Source: Lytechinus pictus (lineage: Eukaryota). Taken from it: 64,000 bases of DNA. Location: contig NC_087263.1 in the NCBI RefSeq assembly GCF_037042905.1, forward strand, positions 14,324,001 to 14,388,000, written 5' to 3'. The notes under the pieces are model-generated. The model was not told the DNA's origin, made no database searches, and was given only the letters and a program-made list of their open reading frames with translations. Shown piece after piece: positions 13,406 to 24,623 of the stretch. Made by a program: the position numbers and the translations under genes. Position 1 is the first letter of the stretch; the number at the start of each line of letters is the position of its first letter.

Positions 13406-13883
13406 AGGTGGTTTCAAACCGCCTCGATCACAAGAATCCCCGTTAAATTACGAGAACTTTTTTAGGCTGAAAAATACCCATTAATTATTCCTGCATTCAC
13501 ACCGCCCTGAAACATACCCTTCGGGATAAGTTCCTGAAGTTACGAGCATGCGCAGTATGGTCTGATAAGCAGCAAGGCGCGAAATTCAAAATCACTAGCC
13601 CAGCAGCAACCCATGCACGGCGCCGCACCCAACGACACGCTGGGCTAAAAGTTCCCGTAATTTGCTTTCAGACCGCCAAAATACCCACGACCTTGGAAAA
13701 ATCCCCGCGAAAGTTCTCGTAATTTCGCCAAGTACCTACTATTTATCGGGTATTTTCTTTCGGGGATATTACGCGTAGTTTGCTTTCAGACCGCCAAAAT
13801 ACCTGGTATTTTCTGATCGGGGTAAATTTCCCGATCAGAGAATACCTGGAACTGGCGAACTTCGAGGCGGTCTGAAACCACCT
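13406..13883 (-). mobile_element. 478-bp Harbinger-like MITE, intact copy
   Basis: TIR aggtggtttcaaaccgcctcga / tcgaggcggtctgaaaccacct; absent from the paralogous sites at ~15240 and ~17145. Confidence 0.9.
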
Positions 13884-16283
13884 TTTGTGTGCGACCATGG
13901 TGCAACTCCCCTACAACCCATGCCTCAGGGGCCGCGGAAGCGGGTCCGGGGGGGGGGGGGGGGGCTGGGGGAATTCAGCCCCCCGGCCCCCTCACTTATT
14001 TCCAAAACAGTGTACAAAAAACGTAAAAATGACATTAGGACTGTGATATTTTGAATGGTCAGCCCCCCCCCCCCCCCCACTTTGAAAACTGTTCCGCGAC
14101 CCATATTGCCGTACCTATTACCCCATACCACTGGTAGAACACGAAACGGTAGCTATAGGCCTACGTCTAATCCGTAAGACTATGAAAAAAACTGAAGGCC
14201 AATGCATGCAGCTGCCTCTACCTGTACCAAGATCATATCATGTACGCATAAGTGGGGTAAACCCATCCCGAAACCCATATATACCTAACAGTGCTGTAAC
14301 TTCCATTTCATTTTGTAAAGAGGCAGAGAATCTATTTGCGATGACCGTAGCAAGTGGTTCCTCTCATGCCCCCAAACAAAGTGTGAGCCGTGTAATTGTC
14401 ATTTTCACCGCCAAGCACGTACAAGCAGTCATTTACATTTTTTTCTCAAATAAACATAGAGCGAATGCGTATTTTCTGCTATTTTTTCTACATGACCAGC
14501 TCATCTGTCCAGCCACCAATTCATTTTATTTCATCATTTTATCATTGGTATCCATTCGTTCATCCATTCAATCCGTCCATCCTGGGGGGTTATCAGTAGG
14601 CCTATCCATCGGATGATCGGGCGGATGATACAATACACCCATACCCAGGCCCAGCTATCAATCCATCATTCATTCTCTTCACTCGATCTTCAGTCATTTC
14701 TCCATCCAAGGAGATTGCTCCATCCGTCCATAGAATATAGCTTTAGATCTGTCCATTGGTAATAAGGCTACCACCCTCTCTTCTTCCGCCCCCAACTTTC
14801 CGGCTCATGGGCTCGCATGAGTGTGTGTGAGCGAGTTGATCTCCTCGAAATTGATACACAAATCATACACCATGGGGCTATAAATAGCTCCATGCTTACA
14901 CATTACGTTGGTCTGTTCTCTTCTGCTTCTCCAAGTTTGCGTAGTCTTCTTCACGTACCTTGCTTCCCGGATTCCCCACGCGTTCATTGTAAATACCGTC
15001 TTAGGAATGAGACCCAAATACACATTGTATCTTGCCTGTACTCATGTTATTATTTGTACTTTGTGTATATTTTTATGATTGCATGTGACTGTGCTTTTTA
15101 AACAAGCAAATAAAGAAGAATTAATAACTCTGGGTCTATAGCACAGAGTTCGGTCCTGTATATATATATCCCCAGATAAAAATCACACTTTTACTGCTGA
15201 GCAATACTGAACTTCTCATGTGGAAGTAGCTAGCGACCACTTTGTGTGCGACCATGGTGCAACTCCCCTACAACCCATGCCTCAGGGGCCGCGGAAGCGG
15301 GTCCGGGGGGGGGGGGGCTGGGGGAATTCAGCCCCCCGGCCCCCTCACTTATTTCCAAAACAGTGTACAAAAAACGTAAAAATTACATTAGGACTGTGAT
15401 ATTTTGAATGGTCAGCCCCCCCCCCCCACTTTGAAAACTGTTCCGCGACCCATATTGCCGTACCTATTACCCCATACCACTGGTAGAACACGAAACTGTA
15501 GCTATAGGCCTACGTCTAATCCGTAAGACTATGAAAAAAACTGAAGGCCAATGCATGCAGCTGCCTCTACCTGTACCAAGATCATATCATGTACGCATAA
15601 GTGGGGTAAACCCATCCCGAAACCCATATATACCTAACAGTGCTGTAACTTCCATTTCATTTTGTAAAGAGGCAGAGAATCTATTTGCGATGACCGTAGC
15701 AAGTGGTTCCTCTCATGCCCCCAAACAAAGTGTGAGCCGTGTAATTGTCATTTTCACCGCCAAGCACGTACAAGCAGTCATTTACATTTTTTTCTCAAAT
15801 AAACATAGAGCGAATGCGTATTTTCTGCTATTTTTTCTACATGACCAGCTCATCTGTCCAGCCACCAATTCATTTTATTTCATCATTTTATCATTGGTAT
15901 CCATTCGTTCATCCATTCAATCCGTCCATCCTGGGGGGTTATCAGTTGGCCTATCCATCGGATGATCGGGCGGATGATACAATACACCCATACCCAGGCC
16001 CAGCTATCAATCCATCATTCATTCTCTTCACTCGATCTTCAGTCATTTCTCCATCCAAGGAGATTGCTCCATCCGTCCATAGAATACAGCTTTAGATCTG
16101 TCCATTGGTAATAAGGCTACCACCCTCTCTTCTTCCGCCCCCAACTTTCCGGCTCATGGGCTCGCATGAGTGTGTGTGAGCGAGTTGATCTCCTCGAAAT
16201 TGATACACAAATCATACACCATGGGGCTATAAATAGCTCCATGCTTACACATTACGTTGGTCTGTTCTCTTCTGCTTCTCCAA

Positions 16284-16836
16284 AAAGCTTTTTACACAGG
16301 ATTTTCTTAACCCCGGACTATCGCTAACCCCGTACTATCCTTAACCCCGTACTATTTTTTTTCCTTTTTACACATGCCAAATTGTTATTGCTAACCCCGG
16401 ATAAGGAATGCTTGCTTTTTACACACGAAACTCGCTAACCCCGGACTAGTGGTTTTTGTCGATCATTCGTAGTACAAGTACTTCACTCGTACCATTTTAC
16501 ACACGCTACAATTTCCTTAACCCCGTACTATAGGTGGGGCCAAATTGCCATTTAGCCCCACCTATAGTACGGGGTTAAGCTTAGCCCACTTTCGTTTTAC
16601 ACTAGCGATCTTAACCCCGTACTATCGCTCTTAGCACCGCAATTGCTGGGATAACCCTGCTTTTTTGCAGGGCCAAATAATCCCGTACTAAAGGTGGGGT
16701 TAGCCCACTTTGCAAAAATGCTGTGTAAAAAGAAAGTGGGCTAAGCTTAACCCCGTACTATAGGTGGGGCTAAATTGCCATTTAGCCCCACCTATAGTAC
16801 GGGGTTAAGGAAATTTTAGCGTGTGTAAAAAGGGTA
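16284..16836. mobile_element. 553-bp Harbinger-like MITE with aaccccgtacta subterminal repeats
   Basis: Ends aaagctttttacaca / tgtgtaaaaagggta; caa duplicated; empty site ctccaagtttgc in copy 1 at ~14929-14940. Confidence 0.88.
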
Positions 16837-17439
16837 CAAGTTTGCGTAGTCTTCTTCACGTACCTTGCTTCCCGGATTCCCCACGCGTTCATTGTAAATA
16901 CCGTCTTAGGAATGAGACCCAAATACACATTGTATCTTGCCTGTACTCATGTTATTATTTGTACTTTGTGTATATTTTTATGATTGCATGTGACTGTGCT
17001 TTTTAAACAAGCAAATAAAGAAGAATTAATAACTCTGGGTCTATAGCACAGAGTTCGGTCCTGTATATATATATCCCCAGATAAAAATCACACTTTTACT
17101 GCTGAGCAATACTGAACTTCTCATGTGGAAGTAGCTAGCGACCACTTTGTGTGCGACCATGGTGCAACTCCCCTACAACCCATGCTTTTTTCTCTGCTCA
17201 TCATCTGCTTGTGAATTAAAATTCCAAAACGTGCATCGATACTCGCATACACGCACTATTCGGTCTATATGTGTAGACTATACCCACGTACTTTGCATGC
17301 GATGATAATGTCCTGTGACTGTGATGTGAACCGGTAGCTTGTGTGCAAAGCGTAAACAAGTCGCTAGCCGGCTGGCATCGGCGCTTTGAGCTTGCACGCA
17401 CCGTTCGACGTTTGCTTGCTCAGCTACACACATACGGGG

Positions 17440-17515
17440 ATTTCTAGATACTGCGCATGCGCGATGACGTATTCATCAATATGCATGACGTCGTAATGAA
17501 TATGCATTATTCGAA
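17440..17515. promoter_or_regulatory. Promoter-like motif cluster (NRF1-like, CRE-like, octamer-like)
   Basis: tgcgcatgcgc, tgacgta, tgacgtc and atgaatatgcat in a CpG-rich patch; target gene not identified, may be transposon-borne. Confidence 0.35.
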
Positions 17516-18454
17516 CAGTGTTCTAAGATCAATTTATTTTTTAACCCGAGAGGGCGTCAATAGAAAGGTCCTAAGTATAAACGGTTAACCGATAAATATA
17601 TAATACATGATTCACCCCTCAATATCATGAAAATAGAAAAGTTATGCAAGTTTTTTTTCCGTGATAAAATCGAGCAATAATATAGGTATTTAATTAATGT
17701 AATAATTTTGAAATTGATTCATTGCCCTTTTCTGAGAACAACCAATCCTACACTATACCTTTAAGCGCATTGTGGCCGCAATCGAGAGGGAACGGATACT
17801 CCCTGTAGGATCGTAAATCCCATCAGCGAAGTGATTCGCTTGGGCCATTCAGGGCCAAACGGCCATTAAATTTGAGACAGATTCTAGAAGTGGCCTTCTG
17901 GAGGATCATAAAAACTAACTTTGCTCTCGAAAATTTTGAGATGAAAATCCGTTAAAAATAGTTTAAAAATTAGAGACTTTTATGCGAGAAGTGGCTCTCG
18001 TTTTATTGAGAGTAAAACGAGAGAAATTCCTGCTCGTGTTCATAGTGTGTACAAGTACACTGATATTCCACTCTCTCAGCTCATATGCACTTGATCGACT
18101 TCCATCGAGGATTCGGGCTAAATTCCGCCCGCCACTTCCGGGGACCAACCAACGTAGTATTTCGATGAAGAGCACTCCGTCGATTCACCGGTTGTCCCTA
18201 CGATACACGCGCGCCTATGGGGATTGTGAACTGTAGGACAAATCGTATAAAATTACACTTTTTGATATTTCTACGAAGACGAAGTTATATAGAAAATGAA
18301 GAATATTACAATCAGACCATATCCCTAGAAAATTGCTTCAGGAAATGTCATTATGAAGAGGAAATGGACAAAAATTTGTGAAGAAAAATCACGAAAAAGG
18401 AAATCGCATTATGAATATTCATATCATGGGCGGTCCCACATTTGCATGTTATAG

Positions 18455-18630
18455 CGAGTTTTCCATTATTTAATAAATAATGGCATTATTTAATAAATAA
18501 TGGCATTATATAATAAATAATGGCATTATATAATAAATAATGGCATTATTTAATAAATAATGGTTATTTGTATGTAAATAATGATTATTTGTATATAATG
18601 GCAAACTGTAAAAATTGTTTATAAATAATG
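18455..18630. repeat. AT-rich minisatellite, 20-bp unit tggcattat(t/a)taataaataa (left flank of Ngaro)
   Basis: 4-5 tandem copies at 18461-18570, degenerating towards the element edge. Confidence 0.9.
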
Positions 18631-19287
18631 ATTGCGAGAATAAATACAGTTCACACATGAAATTGCCATTTCTCAACTTTTATTGTCACTGGGGGATATT
18701 CCCAGATTAAGAACAATTTTCCAACAATATTTAACAATTAAGCAAGATCAAACAATTGAGACCTCGGCGAAGGAGGTCCAAAGAAAGGGGGGTAACCGGG
18801 TCATGTGACCTGCGGAAGGAAGACATCCTACCGCGACTCCAGGGCAGGTATTTCCTGGGGTGCGGTTCCCCTATACAATTATCAACTATTCAATATTATG
18901 TTCTCGAGTGTCAGAGATGTAGGAGGGAGAGGCGTATATGAGTATGAAATATTGGAGGGGGAACCGGGTCACATGACCTGCCGGAAGGAAGACATCCGAC
19001 CGGGACTCCAGGACAGGTATTTCCTGGGGTGCGGTTCCCCTATACATTTTTCATCTATTCAATATTATAGTTATCTCGTGTGTCAGGAGGGGGAGAGGTT
19101 TCAAGACATGAATGTGAAATCTTGGAGGGGGAACCTGGTCATGTGACCTGCCGGGAGGAAGAAATCCATCCGGAATTCCAAGCCAGGAGACTCAGAAAGA
19201 CGCGTTCCCCTCTCCAATATTTAATGACCCAATAAGTACACAGTCCCTCCCCCTGGTGTTGAAATTTTTGTGAAATAAGACAGAAAC
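18631..19287 (-). repeat. Ngaro repeat B2 (657 bp, 3' terminus)
   Basis: No differences seen from 20050-20706 (offset 1419); AATAAA on element strand at 18684-18679. Confidence 0.95.
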
Positions 19288-19690
19288 GAGCCCCCACTAT
19301 TTGTGAAACGGGCCCCAGATCTAGCCCAACCAACCAGCCAAAACAAACCCAACCAACCAACCAAAACAAGCCTGACCGACCAGCCAGCCAAAACCAGGCC
19401 AATCCAACCAAATGGATCAGACCAATTAAACAAGTAGAACAAGCCCATCCAACCAACCAATCAAGCCCATCCTCCAACCAGAACACATTCAACCAACTTA
19501 GTTCAATTGGCCCGTAAAGGGTCTCTATACCTAGCCATCAAGAATGTGGGGTATTCCTCTTGCCCATCACAACCCCCTTTGTCGCATATACCAGCATAGT
19601 ATTGAAATACAATGAAGTACAAAACATATCGTTTCCGGTTATCCCCCCCCCTACAGAAATCAATGCTTTTAATGGGTGGGAGGGAGGGAA

Positions 19691-20052
19691 AAATAACGTC
19701 TTGAATCCCCCAGTGCGAAGTTGAGAATGAGCACACGTTTGCAATTCTTCCAGCGGGTGCGCACGTCCCGAAATCGCTTGCTATATTTCATTGGCTGTTC
19801 CCCGCATATAGGCGGAGCCTGCTCGGCAGTTGTTAAGCTATCACTAAGGACATTGCATTATGGGGCTAATGAGGCTGCTGTCGGCCAATCGCAGACCTGT
19901 TGTTGGGGGCGTGTCCTTGAAGATTTCCCGCGGAATACAAGCGCGCATTAATTGATCTTCACGGATTGTATGGAACGCTATTAGATACGTCTGCTGTAAG
20001 GACCTGCATTCTCTCACAAATGCGTCTATTCGCTAATTCGAATAATCGTATT
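19691..20052 (-). repeat. Ngaro repeat A2 (362 bp)
   Basis: No differences seen from 25505-25866 (offset 5814); overlaps B1 by the trinucleotide ATT (20050-20052). Confidence 0.95.
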
Positions 20053-20706
20053 GCGAGAATAAATACAGTTCACACATGAAATTGCCATTTCTCAACTTTT
20101 ATTGTCACTGGGGGATATTCCCAGATTAAGAACAATTTTCCAACAATATTTAACAATTAAGCAAGATCAAACAATTGAGACCTCGGCGAAGGAGGTCCAA
20201 AGAAAGGGGGGTAACCGGGTCATGTGACCTGCGGAAGGAAGACATCCTACCGCGACTCCAGGGCAGGTATTTCCTGGGGTGCGGTTCCCCTATACAATTA
20301 TCAACTATTCAATATTATGTTCTCGAGTGTCAGAGATGTAGGAGGGAGAGGCGTATATGAGTATGAAATATTGGAGGGGGAACCGGGTCACATGACCTGC
20401 CGGAAGGAAGACATCCGACCGGGACTCCAGGACAGGTATTTCCTGGGGTGCGGTTCCCCTATACATTTTTCATCTATTCAATATTATAGTTATCTCGTGT
20501 GTCAGGAGGGGGAGAGGTTTCAAGACATGAATGTGAAATCTTGGAGGGGGAACCTGGTCATGTGACCTGCCGGGAGGAAGAAATCCATCCGGAATTCCAA
20601 GCCAGGAGACTCAGAAAGACGCGTTCCCCTCTCCAATATTTAATGACCCAATAAGTACACAGTCCCTCCCCCTGGTGTTGAAATTTTTGTGAAATAAGAC
20701 AGAAAC
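20050..20706 (-). repeat. Ngaro repeat B1 (657 bp)
   Basis: Starts attgcgagaataaatac and ends gaaataagacagaaac, as does B2. Confidence 0.95.
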
Positions 20707-20726
20707 ACCCATCCAAAAAGGAAACC

Positions 20727-20785
<59 letters not shown>

Positions 20786-20823
20786 CATCCTCCTAGCGAC
20801 CACACTTCCTGAACCGTTACCTG

Positions 20824-21407
20824 TTAGGCAGCCAAGGATTGTAAAGCGATCCGGAAGTCATTTATGAGCAGATCGCTACCACTATCAGATAAGTGTACCC
20901 CGTCTCGAAAGTACTGCCTGTGGTCCTGTATGCTTATGTTGTGATGCAGATAAGATGCTCGAAACATTCTCCTTACTTTTCCCCGGGCATGTTTGTTAAT
21001 AGTCTTACGGCAGTTGTTCAACGCCAATTGGGAGTGCGGACCATCTGATCTGCCGTAGTAAAATAGCCTTGGTACGATTTCAGAAAAGCAGATGTGGCTG
21101 TTCGGAAGCTGCTGTCTGATAGACAGGAGAGTCTCGTCGACCGCCTGTCTGCAGTTCTTCACTGGGTGTCTACCGATGTTATTGGTGCCCGCATGAAGAA
21201 TCACCACGTCCGGGGTAGCGTGATGCTTTAGCAGAGACTGTACGGACTTGGCCAGGTCATGCATTTCAAGGCCGCCCCTCCCGAACCACCGGACTTGGCT
21301 CCCTGGCTGAACCTCAAGGTTTTGGAGACCTGTCGCCTTGGCCCTTTCTCCGGCCCTTCGCACTAGGCTGTCTCCTACGATCCAGATCCTCCGATTGCCT
21401 GTTGGTC
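20824..21407 (-). CDS. SGNH/GDSL hydrolase of the Ngaro element (probable spliced 3' exon)
   Basis: Frame extends 5' of the ORF-track start to give RRIWIVGDSLV (block I), then GRGG (II), HAGTNN (III), RDGVHL (V); acceptor tttctttgtcatgcag at 21423-21408. Confidence 0.9.
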
Positions 21408-21852
21408 CTGCATGACAAAGAAATTATACTATCACGAGCATCATATATCTTTCGACTCTTGGGTGAATCCCCCCCACAATGCGTAATTGTAATTGCTACC
21501 GCTTCAATATTTGTTTACTTCCTATATCGTGCTTTGTCCATTTTCTTCCATGGTTATCCTTATATGTGCTACCTATTTTTTCATCTTTATTTATTTCTTA
21601 TTATTATTATCCTTTTTTTTTTTTTTTTTTTAATATGTATTAATAGATTCATAATTCACTTCCTTGTGTTGTATTATCCGTTAAACTCAATGGGATACGT
21701 CCTACATTAAATGACAGACTTTTTACCCTTCCTTCTTCCTGGTCGTAACATAGTTAGGCTTCCCTATAGTCAAGTGCTTATACCTCATACTTGTACAAAC
21801 CAAAATCATAAGCTTGTTTGCATCAACATAATGATAGAAATCTCAGTTCCCC

Positions 21853-22767
21853 TCAAATTCTCACATATGTTTTAAACGCACTGCTCCGCCATCTGCCCAT
21901 TTCTTGAAGCTGTTCTTCTGTCGCTCCTCCAATGGCCGCTGTAGTGGCGGCCCCAATTCGGAAGGAATGGGTCCCATATTTCTCTGCTTCAAAGCCGGAG
22001 ACTCCCAAGACTTTCCTCAACACAGCTCTAAACTGATACCTAGTTAGCGGTGACCCATTTGCATGGCAGAAGAGGGGGCCTTGCATCACTGGCCTCATTT
22101 TCAGATATCTAACCATCGCCCCTACTGGACAGCTGCTGTTCAATCCATTTCGCTTTATCTTCAGAGTTGTTGAAGTGCCATATTGATCTGTCTTTGAGAA
22201 TCGAATGGTAACCAACAGGTAAGCTTCTTTAGAGCTTTGGAAAACACTTATGTCTTGGTCAAGGAGGGTCCTGTCTTCGGTCCCACCTGTGCCATCTACC
22301 GTGAACTCACCAACCCGCAGCATTCCGAAAAAGGCTAACAGAAATGATGCCTGAAACATGACGGCTTCATAATGGGTTACACAGATGAGACAGAGGTTAG
22401 GTAAAATATTGACAAGGACATCCCATGTTATAGGCCTGCGCCAATCTTTCCTCTTCCGGCCTCGCCTGCTTCCTTCAATCATCTTCCTGATCAGAAAATG
22501 GGTGGTCGGGTCAAGCCAGCTGTATATCTTATGCAAGTATGATAGCGCTGCCACATGAAGTGTTATAGTTGATGGTGCTCTACCACTCAGTGACAGATGC
22601 GCGATAAATGACATGACCTGCTGGGGAGTAGCCGGCCAAGATGAATCCAGCATGCTCGCCAGTCGGAATCGCTGGAACGAGTCGATAGCTCTCTGGTACG
22701 AGGTCTTGGTCCCCTTAGTTGTAGCATCTGAAATAAGCCGGCATACCTCCTGCTCTATATCCGCCAA
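21853..22767 (-). CDS. Tyrosine recombinase (integrase) of the Ngaro element, 304 aa
   Basis: FFGMLRVGE (R), SKTDQ (K), HSFRIGAAT (HxxR), GRW (W), FKTYVR (Y) all intact; ATG overlaps the RT/RNase H end by 13 nt. Confidence 0.96.
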   Translation of the reverse strand: MADIEQEVCRLISDATTKGTKTSYQRAIDSFQRFRLASMLDSSWPATPQQVMSFIAHLSLSGRAPSTITLHVAALSYLHKIYSWLDPTTHFLIRKMIEGSRRGRKRKDWRRPITWDVLVNILPNLCLICVTHYEAVMFQASFLLAFFGMLRVGEFTVDGTGGTEDRTLLDQDISVFQSSKEAYLLVTIRFSKTDQYGTSTTLKIKRNGLNSSCPVGAMVRYLKMRPVMQGPLFCHANGSPLTRYQFRAVLRKVLGVSGFEAEKYGTHSFRIGAATTAAIGGATEEQLQEMGRWRSSAFKTYVRI

Positions 22768-24623
22768 ATGCTTTCTGGTATTGGTGTTGATGTTGCATCC
22801 GCCTGTGGTGCCAGCGTGTGGAACCTGCTCATCTGTAACCGGGATAGAGAGTCAGCAATATCATTTTCTTTTGTGGCGATATAGACTGCCTTGACTATCG
22901 TGTCTCTCTTCAAACATTGGAGAACTAGGGTTCTTACAAGTGACATTATTCTTGGGCAATGGGATGTCTGTTTGTTTATAACATTCTTGATGGCCATATT
23001 ATCGGTATGAAGTCTAATTCGCTTCCCTGCTAGATCGGAACCCCATACCAACAGTGCTACGGCTATTGGGACCATCTCTTTCCATGCAATGGAATAGTCC
23101 CCAGATAGAACAAAAGGGGGCCAATGGCCGCAAAACCATTTGCCATGAAAGTAACCACCGAAACCTATTGTACCACTCGCGTCAGTGAAGAGGTCAAGAT
23201 CAAAGTCACTCTCCCAGCGACCCGGTCGAACTATAGTCACCCCATTGAAGTCATCTAGGAAGGCGAGCCATGTTGTTAGATCGGACTTTGTTCCCTCTGA
23301 GAGTTGTATTACACTGTCCGGTTTTGAAATTTTCTTTGTCTGATCTGTTAACCTCCTCAGAAAGGCCCTACCCGGTTTAACCGCCCTACATATAAAATTA
23401 AGCGACCCGATCAAGGACTGTATCTCCTTCAAAGACAAGGATTGCTTCCTAATTGTCTCTGTGATCTTCCGTTTCAATTGTGTCCTTTTCTCGCAAGGGA
23501 CTCTTACTTCCATGCGTTCTGTGTCAATTTCAAGGCCTAGAAATGTAAGTCTGGTTGTGGGACCCTCTGACTTCTCTTGAGCGAGGGGGACCCCCAGTTC
23601 TTTGCATAATGTCCTAAACTCTTGGATAATTTCTAGACATGAGAGGCCCCCTCCCTTGGCTGAACCCACTGCTAAAAAATCATCCATGTAATGTATCAGC
23701 CGATCGGTTCCCAGTTTGTCTCTCACACAGAATTCGAGGAAGGATGAAAACTTTTCGAAATATGCTGGTGCACACCGAATGCCCATCGGGAGACATCTGT
23801 CAACATAATACAGACCCTGAAATTTCACACCCAACAATTCAAAATCCCGGGGATTTATAGGGAGCAACCTGAAAGCTGACTTAATGTCTTCCTTTGCCAG
23901 CTGCACTCCTCTACCGATCCTTGACACTATGTCTACTGCATCGTCAAACCTACTATATTCAACTTTACATGCATCCTCCCGTATGAAATCATTTATAGAA
24001 AGACCTGTAGGATAGGAAAGATGGTGAATTAACCTGTATTCTCCAGGAGTTCTTTTTGGCACAAGACCAATAGGGCTGACCCTAAGGTTGGTCAGTGGTC
24101 TCTTGTCAAATGGTCCTAAATATCTACCTCGCCTAACTTCTTTATCAATTTTCTTCTTCGCCTCTTCCCTGTTGTGTTCCACTGATTTTAGATTCGGAAA
24201 ATCGACTGGCATCCGGGGGCCTGTATAATTCAAGTCAAAACCAAACATAAAACCTAACTTCAAAAATTCGGCAGTCCTTTTGTCGGGATAGTCCCTTAAT
24301 TTGGTAACTAACTTCTCAACCAAAACTGGAGTCGGGGCTAACGCTGGCAAAAGACTAGGCCAACACTCTATACCTAATTCTACTTTATCCCTACTTTTGC
24401 CCCTGGCCTCCAGTTGCTTGCAGGAACTTGGGGCACTTGACTTTCCCGTGTCCCGGGATGCCACATGCAACGCACTTATGTAAGAATCTGCATTGCTGCC
24501 TATTGCAGACCCCTGGTCCGAAATTGAGCTCGTAACATACATTTGACGCGCTTGGCGTTCGCTTACTGCTAACCTTTCGGTGGTCCGAATTTTGCCTCCA
24601 CCCCCCGGCCTGCTGGCGGGCAA
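22755..24623 (-). CDS. Reverse transcriptase + RNase H of the Ngaro element
   Basis: YRLIHHLS, EDIKSAF, LPMG, YMDDFL; RNase H FTDASG, WKEM, HTDN, NDIADSLSR; true start uncertain (track start is TTG, overlaps gag). Confidence 0.96.
   Translation of the reverse strand: MPASRPGGGGKIRTTERLAVSERQARQMYVTSSISDQGSAIGSNADSYISALHVASRDTGKSSAPSSCKQLEARGKSRDKVELGIECWPSLLPALAPTPVLVEKLVTKLRDYPDKRTAEFLKLGFMFGFDLNYTGPRMPVDFPNLKSVEHNREEAKKKIDKEVRRGRYLGPFDKRPLTNLRVSPIGLVPKRTPGEYRLIHHLSYPTGLSINDFIREDACKVEYSRFDDAVDIVSRIGRGVQLAKEDIKSAFRLLPINPRDFELLGVKFQGLYYVDRCLPMGIRCAPAYFEKFSSFLEFCVRDKLGTDRLIHYMDDFLAVGSAKGGGLSCLEIIQEFRTLCKELGVPLAQEKSEGPTTRLTFLGLEIDTERMEVRVPCEKRTQLKRKITETIRKQSLSLKEIQSLIGSLNFICRAVKPGRAFLRRLTDQTKKISKPDSVIQLSEGTKSDLTTWLAFLDDFNGVTIVRPGRWESDFDLDLFTDASGTIGFGGYFHGKWFCGHWPPFVLSGDYSIAWKEMVPIAVALLVWGSDLAGKRIRLHTDNMAIKNVINKQTSHCPRIMSLVRTLVLQCLKRDTIVKAVYIATKENDIADSLSRLQMSRFHTLAPQADATSTPIPESIWRI

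Larger units (their letters stand above)
13379..17185. repeat. Tandem duplication of a ~1.35-kb unit (R-U-R-U-R, R = 64 bp)
   Basis: catgtggaagtagctagcgaccac at 13379, 15217, 17122; identical 144-aa translations at 14182 and 15531; only a handful of substitutions visible between copies. Confidence 0.95.

Noticed and set aside
14182..15965. Duplicated 144-aa ORF as a gene
   Set aside because: No recognisable domain; identity follows from the recent DNA duplication
17982..18236. 84-aa ORF resembling a type II membrane protein start
   Set aside because: No splice support or domain; lies in repeat-like sequence next to a Kolobok-type cct|ttaa end (~17760)
18631..20706. LTRs of a Gypsy-like element or an assembly duplication
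   Set aside because: Order A1..B1-A2..B2 with a shared ATT junction, no TG..CA ends and no DDE integrase fits Ngaro
20558..20805. Poly-lysine proteins
   Set aside because: Translation of the 54-nt homopolymer
21853..22767. Phage or bacterial integrase / contamination
   Set aside because: It is coupled to gag, RT/RNase H and split direct repeats in clearly eukaryotic repetitive DNA
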